This document shows, in pieces, positions 8,828-16,491 of a stretch of DNA of 64,000 nt (positions are counted from its first letter, which is position 1; every line of letters begins with the position of its first letter). Source of the stretch: Candidatus Woesearchaeota archaeon (GTDB lineage Archaea; Nanobdellota; Nanobdellia; Woesearchaeales; UBA12501); the NCBI GenBank assembly GCA_046484055.1, contig JAWOBY010000048.1, forward strand, positions 4,596 to 68,595, given 5' to 3'. The notes under the pieces are model-generated. The model made no database searches. It worked only from the letters and a program-made list of their open reading frames with translations, and was not told where the DNA came from. Made by a program: the position numbers and the translations under genes.

Positions 8828-9505
8828 TCATGCTGTCTGGGCCCTGCCCTCTGCATGAGAATCCTGCCCCTGCACGCCCTCCTTCTTCATGAGAACCTTT
8901 TTTCTCTTGTTGGAATACCTGTGCGCTAGATGCAGCGGCTCGGGAAGCTTGTGGGGGTGGATTATGAACCTCTTGACAAGGTCTTCCGCGGTCCTTACGC
9001 TTATCCTGTGGCCGGGTGATACATAGAGGGGCTTTGCATAATCCCTTGTCTTGACCTCCGCAGCCCGTATCTCCTTGTCCACTTCCACTTTGCCTTCCAT
9101 AACTTTGCCCATCATCAGGTTTTTTGCGATGCCTATGGTTGGTACATCCAGGGCTATGCCCAGCTGGGATGCCATCCCTATCCTTCTCGGGTGCAGTATG
9201 CCGTTCGCATCAACCATGAGCACATCCGGCCTTGTCCTGAGCTTGCTGAACGCCTCTACCACAGCGGGCCCTTCCCTGTAGAACATGTAGCCTGGTATGT
9301 ATGGCATCCTGCATTCAGCCACTTCATGGGCCGAATCAACAATCTTCATGTTCCTGTCCATCACCACAACATATGATATTATCCTGTTGTCATCGGTATA
9401 TGCCTGATCGCAGCCCCCTATGTACTCGATATCCTCAAACATGTCATTTGTTATAACATTCTCCGCGAGTCTCTGCTGCTCTGACTTGAGCTTTAGCTTG
9501 TGCAT
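8828..9505 (-). CDS. nfi: endonuclease V
   Basis: YIGGCDQAY ... RMPYIPGYMFYREGPAVVEAF ... VLMVDANGILHPRRIGMASQLGIALDVPTIGIAK are canonical Nfi motifs. Confidence 0.85.
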   Translation of the reverse strand: MHKLKLKSEQQRLAENVITNDMFEDIEYIGGCDQAYTDDNRIISYVVVMDRNMKIVDSAHEVAECRMPYIPGYMFYREGPAVVEAFSKLRTRPDVLMVDANGILHPRRIGMASQLGIALDVPTIGIAKNLMMGKVMEGKVEVDKEIRAAEVKTRDYAKPLYVSPGHRISVRTAEDLVKRFIIHPHKLPEPLHLAHRYSNKRKKVLMKKEGVQGQDSHAEGRAQTA

Positions 9506-10545
9506 TCTTTGGCACCTCCTCCATTCTCCATCTCAGGGGAATATTCCACCACAATATTCCTATTCTTTGTATTCTTGGCTGCGTAAAGCGCCTTGTCCGC
9601 CCGGCGGTATATTGTATCATATATTTCTCTGGGCCTCATACCTTCAAAGTCTGAGGGATTGAATACTGTATATCCCATGCTTATGGTGATGCTTGTGCTG
9701 TCCTTGCCGGGGGTTTTTCCGTCCGGGGAAGTCATCAGTGAGTAGGTGTCCTTCTCATCAATCTTAGGGTATTCAGGCAGTCTTGTGTCCTCGACATTCT
9801 TCCTCATCCTCTCAACAACATCAAATGCACTTTCCTTTGGGACTCCGTAGAGAAGGAACATGAATTCCTCTCCCCCCATCCTTCCTCCCTGGTTCTCGTA
9901 ATCCCCTCCTCTCTCGCCTATATCCTCATCCCTCAATGAGCTGTTTAGAGATTCTGCCACTCTCTTGAGCGCTTCGTCGCCTGCGGGATAATGGCCATAA
10001 GTATTATTGTATTCCCCGAAATGGTCTATATCACCTATTGCTATAGTGAACTCTTCTCCTGTCCTGAGAGATCTCGCGATCTCCTGCTTTACCCTGTTCA
10101 TGAATGCTTCTCTCTTGTAGAGGCCTGTAAGCCCGTCAAAATTCACAAGATTGTCGACCTCATCTGCAAGCTCATCCCTATTGGTTTCAAGTCTCTTGTG
10201 TTCTTTCTGCATCTCGTTTATCATATTCTTGTAGGTATCTATCTTCTCCCTGATAAGGTTGGGGCTCTTGAGCGCTTCAGTGAAAGGGATTCTCTTGTCA
10301 AGGTCATATGACTGCGGTTTCCCCTCCTCCTTTCTCATCCCCAGCCTCTCGTAGTTCCTGTCAATCATGACCTCATACAATCCTATGGATTCTAGTAATG
10401 AGGTGATCTCTTCTCTCCGCTCAGAATAATAGTCGTAAAGGTCTGAAATCTGCTTAAGTGTCCTGAGATTCTCTTTTTCCCTGTCTGAAAGGCCGGCATT
10501 CGCGATCTCTTCCAGCTGGTTCTTCGGGTCTTCAGGCATTTCCAT
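9493..10545 (-). CDS. GGDEF-domain nucleotide cyclase (diguanylate cyclase-like) with N-terminal coiled coil
   Basis: DIDHFGEYNNTYGHYPAGDEALK ... GGRMGGEEFMFLLYG ... RADKALYAAKNTKNR. The maximal ORF reaches 10635 (GTG). The ATGs at 10545/10539 are preceded by AGGTGA, so I prefer them. The 3' end overlaps the nfi start by 13 nt. Confidence 0.8.
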   Translation of the reverse strand: MEMPEDPKNQLEEIANAGLSDREKENLRTLKQISDLYDYYSERREEITSLLESIGLYEVMIDRNYERLGMRKEEGKPQSYDLDKRIPFTEALKSPNLIREKIDTYKNMINEMQKEHKRLETNRDELADEVDNLVNFDGLTGLYKREAFMNRVKQEIARSLRTGEEFTIAIGDIDHFGEYNNTYGHYPAGDEALKRVAESLNSSLRDEDIGERGGDYENQGGRMGGEEFMFLLYGVPKESAFDVVERMRKNVEDTRLPEYPKIDEKDTYSLMTSPDGKTPGKDSTSITISMGYTVFNPSDFEGMRPREIYDTIYRRADKALYAAKNTKNRNIVVEYSPEMENGGGAKECTS

Positions 10546-10780
10546 TTTCACCTTTTTGGACTGTACTGTGGGTTTTTCATGCGGTCCTTTTCGCAGGCAT
10601 GTTGAACCCTGCACCCCATACAAACTTTTTACCACTGATTAAGAATAACTAATATATAAAGTTTTCTGTTTTTTACCACTTAATAGTTAATATTATTTGG
10701 TGCTGTTGGCAGTCACAACCCATAATTCTGATCCCCTCTTGTTGGTGATGCAGGCTGTCAGGATACAAAAGCCAGAATAA

Positions 10781-11180
10781 TAAAAATTTGACCATTATCT
10801 TGTCAAAACCTAGCGGTTTTTCCCCTTTGTGTTCAACTGAAATCATTTAAACAGTTGAACACAACGTATAAGCAAGCCCTAACCACACCTTAAAAGGTGA
10901 GGTATTAACGGATTTGTACTTTACATGGTCAAATTTTTAGTCTTGAAAATTTCTCCCCTAAGTCGAAATTTTCAATAAGCTTTATTTGGGGTAATGCCTT
11001 TATAATGCCTCCAGAGAAGGTCAGGAGCGTCTGCAGTGGGTTGTGCTGGAGGATTAGGAAGGCCCCCCGTGGAAAGGATTTGTTGGGGGTGGTTGAGAAA
11101 ACAGAACCAATCAGGGGGGCCTTTGAAAATGAATATTCTGCCATTGCAGGACATTCGGTCTTGCATGGCATTGTTTTTTT
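10781..11180 (+). ncRNA. candidate structured non-coding RNA (family unknown)
   Basis: The region has no convincing ORF.
- A 15-bp long-range helix (10781-10795 / 10925-10939) encloses hairpins at 10827-10864 (13 bp) and 10805-10820 (6 bp).
- An 11-bp hairpin sits at 10943-10975.
- A 7-bp helix pairs 11008-11014 with 11046-11052.
- A 10-bp GC helix pairs 11059-11068 with 11114-11123.
- A terminal hairpin at 11140-11169 is followed by T7.
- Two G-U pairs are valid only on the + strand. Confidence 0.35.
11140..11180 (+). terminator. hairpin plus T7 run (terminator-like)
   Basis: GCCATTGCAGGAC attcg GTCTTGCATGGC forms 12 bp with one bulged T and one G-U pair. It is followed by attgTTTTTTT. Further T runs lie downstream (11201-11208). 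Confidence 0.45.
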
Positions 11181-11250
11181 GGGTTTCTAAAGGTCCTGTT
11201 CTTTTTTTTGTGGCTTTTCTGTGCTGATTTTGCGCTTTTACGGCCTTTTC

Positions 11251-11658
11251 CTACGGTTTTGGCTGGCCGTGCACCTCGCGGCTCCACATCACCCCTATTT
11301 TTGTCAATGCCTTGTTGAAACTGTCTGATATGCGGTACTTCTTCTGGTATAGATCATAATCTATCAAACCCATGCCTTTCATCGGCGTCAGGATGCGATC
11401 GTAAAACTGCCTTTTGTTGTATGATATCCTTTCCCTCTTTTTCCCCATTCTGCCCATAGGCCCTTTCTCCTCTACTTCCACAAGAGTGCCGTCATGCAGT
11501 TTGTTGGCGAAGACAGACATCTCTGTCTTCCCCATCTCGCCGTTTCTGGCTTTCATCTCGTTTATGAGCATCTTTGCCACGAGGGCCTGTTGCTCTGTTG
11601 CAAATATGACCTCATACACATTATCAGGCAGGTTGAACCTGTCAAATAACATGACCAT
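11251..11658 (-). CDS. hypothetical protein (possible C-terminal wHTH)
   Basis: 135-aa ORF with coding-like composition. FYDRILTPMKGMGLIDYDLYQKKYRIS resembles a helix-wing. I recognised no family. Confidence 0.5.
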   Translation of the reverse strand: MVMLFDRFNLPDNVYEVIFATEQQALVAKMLINEMKARNGEMGKTEMSVFANKLHDGTLVEVEEKGPMGRMGKKRERISYNKRQFYDRILTPMKGMGLIDYDLYQKKYRISDSFNKALTKIGVMWSREVHGQPKP

Positions 11659-11994
11659 TTCAAACGTGTAAATATAAACTAGTATATAAATGTTACGCTT
11701 TTGAGTATTAGTATAGCTTTTTGTATACTGGATAATTCTCTACCGTATGGTCCTCATGCAAGGTAGTTTTGCCAATTTATTCACTACTTAAAAGAAATAA
11801 AAAAAAGAAAAATTTATAAAATCGGCTCCGCACCCACAAGACACCTCCCCTCCATATCACCCATCATGAACTGCATACAAAACCGCATCATGCCTGAATG
11901 CATACAAGGCCCCACATAAAATACGCTTAAAATGCCCCCACACCTTCTTCTGAAGGACGGACAGAAAATGAACAGAGAGTGAAACAAACAGAAA

Positions 11995-12738
11995 ATGAGA
12001 CACACAGGATTCAGCACAGGATGCCTGCACGGTTCAGGCATGAGCATGGAAGAGATTGTTGAGCTTTACTTATCCGCAGGAGCGGACGCTATAGAGCTCA
12101 GCTTCGCTACCCCTCAGGAGATGGAAGATTTCCAGCTCTCTGACAATCTTTCCGGAAAGATCAACAAGTTCGATTATGTGACAGTCCATGCCCCATGGAA
12201 AAGAAACTATCACTTCCACGACGAGGAGGCAAGGATGGTGGTTGATAAAATCGGAGAGATATCCGCGAAGGCAGACATAAGGGGGGTCGTGGTGCATCCG
12301 GATCCTTTGCCCCCTCTCAACATTCTGATGGAATCAGGCATTCCATTCCTCATAGAGAATATGGACCACATGAAGTATTTCGGGACAGAACCAAAACACT
12401 TCCGCCAGTTCAAGAGATATTACAATCTTGATTTTGTCTTTGACATCCAGCACGCGTACGAGCATGACCCGTCCATGAAACTCGCCGAAGAGCTTATGAT
12501 ATGTATAGGCCCCCGGCTGAAGCACATGCACGCCAGCGGGCAGGCGGGAGGTCTTAACCATTCGCTTATACACGCTGCAGAGAACAGGGACGCGATCACA
12601 GGCATACTTCAGAAAGCGGCAGGGTTGGGGATTGAAAAACCTGTAATAATTGAGGGGGTCATGTCCGGCAGTAGGGAAAATTTCTATAATTCAGCAAGGA
12701 AAGAGATGGAGCTTGTGAAGGAGTATTACAGAAAATAA
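11995..12738 (+). CDS. xylose isomerase-like TIM-barrel protein (sugar phosphate isomerase/epimerase or AP-endonuclease 2 fold)
   Basis: GFSTGCLHG ... GADAIELSF ... VTVHAPW ... VVVHPD ... IENM ... MHASG follows the pattern of this TIM-barrel family. Confidence 0.65.
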   Translation: MRHTGFSTGCLHGSGMSMEEIVELYLSAGADAIELSFATPQEMEDFQLSDNLSGKINKFDYVTVHAPWKRNYHFHDEEARMVVDKIGEISAKADIRGVVVHPDPLPPLNILMESGIPFLIENMDHMKYFGTEPKHFRQFKRYYNLDFVFDIQHAYEHDPSMKLAEELMICIGPRLKHMHASGQAGGLNHSLIHAAENRDAITGILQKAAGLGIEKPVIIEGVMSGSRENFYNSARKEMELVKEYYRK

Positions 12739-12767
12739 AACCTCTGCATGAATTATGCATTAAAATA

Positions 12768-14651
12768 TCATGCGAGCCTCCTCTGGGTGGGCTCGAAGAA
12801 CTCCTCTATCATCTCCCTGTAGTGCCTTGTCACGTTGATGTCCCACCCCTTCGGGAAGCACCTCTTGTAATTGGGCCAGATGTATCTCTGGTCCAGAAAG
12901 ACTACGACGCCGCGGTCATTCTCCGACCTTATGCACCTTCCCGCATTCTGCAGTGTCCTGTTGAACGCTGGGAAGATATAGCCGTAATCCCATCCCTTGG
13001 CGAACTTCCTGTCATAATAATTTATCAGCTCTTTTGTCTCAAGGTCCGGCTGCTGGAGGGGAAGGCCCGCCACCACCACGCACTTCAGAAGATCGCCGGG
13101 CAGGTCTATCCCCTCCCCAAATGAGCCGGTGGTGACTCCCAGCATGACTGCCCCTGTCTTCTGATAACTCTTGAATTTCTCCAGTATCTCTGACTTATCG
13201 CTCTTGCTGAGTTTCTGCTGCTCGAGCATGACTGTCTTCCTGCACAGAGGGTCAAAGAACCTGTACACCTGATCCCTCAGGGAATAGCTGGGGAAGAATA
13301 TCGCGCTGTTGCCCGGCACTTCATTGATGATCTCTGAGCATATCTCGGCTATCCTTTTGAACTGCGAATCATTCCTCATGGAATATTTTGTCGTGGTCTC
13401 GGGCACTATTATGCTGAGCTTGTTGTCATCCATGAACGGGCTCTCGTATGTCCTCTCAATTGTGCCTGCGGGGAATCCCAGCAGGTCGCGGTACATACGT
13501 GTGGGGTTGAGCGTCCCGCTCATTATTATTGTGGAGTAAGACTGCTCTATTATTTCTTTAGTGACTGTGGAAGGATCAAGGCACCGGTAGGACAGGGTCA
13601 GGACAGGCTGCCTTCCATAATTATGCACAGAGAATATCCTCGCGAATGACTCGTCCGCCCCTTTCCAGCTGTCCAGGAACTTGGCCACACCCGCTACCTG
13701 GGATTTCTGCTGCTGTTCCCTTATGTCATCGCCCGCGAAGTCGAGGTCTGCTGTGAGCTCCTCATAATCCTTTATCCTGTTGATCCTCTTCATGAAATCC
13801 TCCTTTGTTATCAGCCTTTCATTCCCGCTTGTGTCATTGGCGTATTCATTGAGTATGTCCTGTATGAGTGAGAGATGGTTCACCAGCTCATCATAACCGT
13901 ATTTCTTGGCCTCATTTATCGCCCTTCTCAGCGCCATGTTGGATATCCTCTCTGTGGCAAGATCCCTTGTCCTGACCGGCAGGTTATGGCCCTCATCGAT
14001 TATTATTATCGATTTTCCCAGCTCCTTGTTGGTCTTGGCCAGGAAGCTGTCCCTTATCATTGAATTGAATATGTAGAAGTAATCCGCAACAACAACCCTT
14101 GAATCCGCAGCCAGGGCTGTCGCCATCTCATAAGGGCAGAGCTTGTTATGCTTTGCGATCTCAACCAATCTTTCAGTATGGCAGCAGCCATTGCTCTTTA
14201 TCTCCTCCAGGATCTTTGCCGCTTCAGGTGTGAGCTTGCTGTTCTTCTTTGTACGTGTGAAGAACTCGCACTTGTTGTCCTCCCTCACAGACTTGCAGTA
14301 TTCCGCGAAATCCTTTGAGTAGAGGGCTTCCACTCCCGGCATGGAGCACATCCATCTCTTGCCGATTATGTCCGCCACATTGAAATTTATGCTGTGCTTC
14401 TTCCTTATCTCTTCAAGTGTCTGGACAGCGATCTGGTGCTGTGTATGCCTTGAGGTGAGGAAAAAGACAGTGAGATTCTCGTCTATCGCGTGCCTCAATG
14501 CCGGGCCGAGGGTTGCGGCAGTCTTGCCAAGTCCTGTTGGCGCGTGCGCTATGAGGTGCTTCCTGTTCCTTATGGCCTCATCCGCATCCTTCACCAGGTC
14601 CTCCTGTATCTCCCTCACCCTCTCATGCGGAAAAAGAAATTTTTTGTCCAT
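12768..14651 (-). CDS. xpd: XPD/Rad3-type FeS DNA helicase (DinG family)
   Basis: Walker A AHAPTGLGKT. DEGHNL box. Four-Cys cluster region (CSMPG...C..C...CPYE). C-terminal helicase motifs (GSFGEGIDLPG, QNAGRCIR). Confidence 0.85.
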   Translation of the reverse strand: MDKKFLFPHERVREIQEDLVKDADEAIRNRKHLIAHAPTGLGKTAATLGPALRHAIDENLTVFFLTSRHTQHQIAVQTLEEIRKKHSINFNVADIIGKRWMCSMPGVEALYSKDFAEYCKSVREDNKCEFFTRTKKNSKLTPEAAKILEEIKSNGCCHTERLVEIAKHNKLCPYEMATALAADSRVVVADYFYIFNSMIRDSFLAKTNKELGKSIIIIDEGHNLPVRTRDLATERISNMALRRAINEAKKYGYDELVNHLSLIQDILNEYANDTSGNERLITKEDFMKRINRIKDYEELTADLDFAGDDIREQQQKSQVAGVAKFLDSWKGADESFARIFSVHNYGRQPVLTLSYRCLDPSTVTKEIIEQSYSTIIMSGTLNPTRMYRDLLGFPAGTIERTYESPFMDDNKLSIIVPETTTKYSMRNDSQFKRIAEICSEIINEVPGNSAIFFPSYSLRDQVYRFFDPLCRKTVMLEQQKLSKSDKSEILEKFKSYQKTGAVMLGVTTGSFGEGIDLPGDLLKCVVVAGLPLQQPDLETKELINYYDRKFAKGWDYGYIFPAFNRTLQNAGRCIRSENDRGVVVFLDQRYIWPNYKRCFPKGWDINVTRHYREMIEEFFEPTQRRLA

Positions 14652-14969
14652 TATTCGTCAAAGCCCCCAATATAGATATACTGTTTATTATTATCTACTG
14701 TGTGTTATTAGTCTGTTATTATTGTTCGGGATTTTTTTGGTTTTTTCCGGCTTTTATATATTTTGTTATGCAGGACATGGTCTGCTGTGGCCATGAGGAA
14801 AACTCCTGTTTTATGCCGCTTTTATCCTGTTACTTATGCGAACATATCATGCATAACCGTGGAGGCTGAGCATGCATGATCTCATATTCTCTGCATCAAG
14901 CAAAAACTTTATAAATAAGTACTTTGAACTATACTTTATAATCTTTATAATGTGTTCAGGGGGTTGGAG

Positions 14970-15239
14970 ATGAAGACTAGTCCGATATTCGGTGTATTTT
15001 TCAGGGAAAAGCCGGCCATGATGCTGGTCAATCTTAGGAACGCGAAAGGGGAAGTATATGCTTCTAATCTCGCCAAGCAGATAGACTGCACTTATTCTCA
15101 TGTTGTCAAGATTCTTCAGCAGATGGAGAAAGCAGGCCTTGTGAATTTTGACAAGCAGGGCAGGCTCAAGATTCTCACGCTAACCAAGAAAGGAGGGGAG
15201 GTTGCGGACAGCATCGATAAGATAAGGAATCTTATTTGA
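14970..15239 (+). CDS. small winged-helix transcriptional regulator
   Basis: The ATG at 14970 follows GGAG. MLVNLRNAKGEVYASNLAKQIDCTYSHVVKILQQMEKAGLVNFDKQGR is a MarR/ArsR-like wHTH. Three CTTTATAA boxes lie upstream (14900-14950). Confidence 0.6.
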   Translation: MKTSPIFGVFFREKPAMMLVNLRNAKGEVYASNLAKQIDCTYSHVVKILQQMEKAGLVNFDKQGRLKILTLTKKGGEVADSIDKIRNLI

Positions 15240-15298
15240 AGGGCCCATCTGAAGTAGTTATAATAAAATAATAATAGATGATATGAGATGATAATAAA

Positions 15299-15742
15299 AT
15301 GATAACAGACATTTCTCAGGGCACGCAATTTGCTTCTGTCGTCGTGCTTGTGGCGGCATTAATATTCCAGATAATCATATTGATCCCATTGACCGCTTTC
15401 ACACTCTGGCTCAGCGGAAAGGTGCTTGGGGAGGGATTCACTTTCCTGCGCTCGCTTCTTCCTGCTGCAGTAGGCGCGGTCATAGGCTACGCGCTTTCAG
15501 TGCCGGGCATGCTGGTGGAAAATCCTGTTTTCACATTAGGGATGAGCCTGGCCTCATTTTTAGTGGGGGTGACGCTTCATCTTGTCCTCCCAAAGATATT
15601 CTTCGGGCTTGATTGGAAGAGGGGCCTCCTCACCGGCCTTTTATGGTTCGCATTCAACATGGCGGCAGGGATGCTTTTTGCCATAATTGTGATAGTCATT
15701 GCGGTAGTGATAGGGATATCATTAGGCATAGCAGCTATGTGA
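15299..15742 (+). CDS. hypothetical integral membrane protein
   Basis: 147-aa ORF with four hydrophobic segments. No recognised family. Confidence 0.5.
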   Translation: MITDISQGTQFASVVVLVAALIFQIIILIPLTAFTLWLSGKVLGEGFTFLRSLLPAAVGAVIGYALSVPGMLVENPVFTLGMSLASFLVGVTLHLVLPKIFFGLDWKRGLLTGLLWFAFNMAAGMLFAIIVIVIAVVIGISLGIAAM

Positions 15743-15826
15743 CCTCGCTTTGACTCAAATCAGCTCATCAAATCGGTTTGGCCCGGATTGAACGCATGCA
15801 GACACCCTTCCACCCGCTTCTTGCGC

Positions 15827-16102
15827 TTATCCCACAGCCCTTCTCACATCAATCACTTCAACAGAATTCACTCCTTCAATCTGGCCCACATCATTCTCCA
15901 GGCTTTCTGTGGATCCGAGATCCTCGTTCATCACGAACATCAGCTTCAGGGACTTCAGTCCGAAAGCGATGGGCTCCTGCTCTGACTTCCCTATCTCACC
16001 ACCGAACTCGTTTATTAGCTTTGATGCCTTCTCCTCAAGAGCCCCTAAATCAGTCTCAGGGCTTGTAGGCATTATCTTCATCGTGACTATTACCTGTGCC
16101 AT
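15827..16102 (-). CDS. ef1b: translation elongation factor aEF-1 beta
   Basis: MAQVIVTMKIMPTSPETDL ... PIAFGLKSLKLMFVMNED ... VEVIDVRR is typical aEF-1beta in length and sequence. Confidence 0.85.
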   Translation of the reverse strand: MAQVIVTMKIMPTSPETDLGALEEKASKLINEFGGEIGKSEQEPIAFGLKSLKLMFVMNEDLGSTESLENDVGQIEGVNSVEVIDVRRAVG

Positions 16103-16177
16103 ACCATGGGCCTCCTCTTGTTCTTTGGTTGTTATTGTTACTTGATTTTCTGTATTGATATTCTGCCCGGCTGAAGA

Positions 16178-16372
16178 TTAATTCGGACCTTCAAAACCGC
16201 ATCCGGGGCATCTGTACCTTGCTACCGTCTCCCTGCAATGGCCGCACCTTATTATCTCATGCTTTCCGCATTTCGGGCACATGAATCTGGTGTTGTTCTT
16301 CAGGTTCGTCACCCTTCTCTTGCATGAGTTGCACACTGCCTGTTCTGTTTGTTGTGTCTGGTTTTCTGTCAT
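16178..16372 (-). CDS. double zinc-ribbon small protein (DUF1610 / HVO_2753-like)
   Basis: CNSCKRR...CPKCGK...CGHCR...CPGCGF gives four CxxC pairs. It has the conserved position next to aEF-1beta. Confidence 0.75.
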   Translation of the reverse strand: MTENQTQQTEQAVCNSCKRRVTNLKNNTRFMCPKCGKHEIIRCGHCRETVARYRCPGCGFEGPN

Positions 16373-16491
16373 ACTATCCGTGGTTAATGGCTCATTTATA
16401 AATCTTTTTGTTCCTATCTTGGGATTACAACAAAAATATATAAATCAATCTATAATCTTAACTGCAGGATAGGAAAATTTGGGGGTATTAA

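Noticed and set aside
11017-11040. AGGTCAGGAGC, reminiscent of the SRP RNA helix 8 5' strand (AGGUCAGGUCC)
   Set aside because: There is no GNAR tetraloop and no following GGAAGCAGCC-type 3' strand. The flanking helices do not match SRP RNA helices 5, 6 or 8.
11049-11123. Strings resembling RNase P CR-I/CR-V (GGAGGATTAGGAAGGCCCC ... ACAGAACC ... GGGGGGCCTT), whose arms pair like a P4 helix
   Set aside because: The two strands are only about 45 nt apart, with no room for the specificity or catalytic domains. The spacing after ACAGAA is wrong, and no CR-II/III/IV motifs are present. I treat it as a chance resemblance within the candidate ncRNA.
10929-11227. Four short ORFs (61-80 aa, on both strands) across the 10.9-11.2 kb region
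   Set aside because: They overlap one another, lack SD or TATA context and have non-protein-like composition. The region is better explained by RNA structure.
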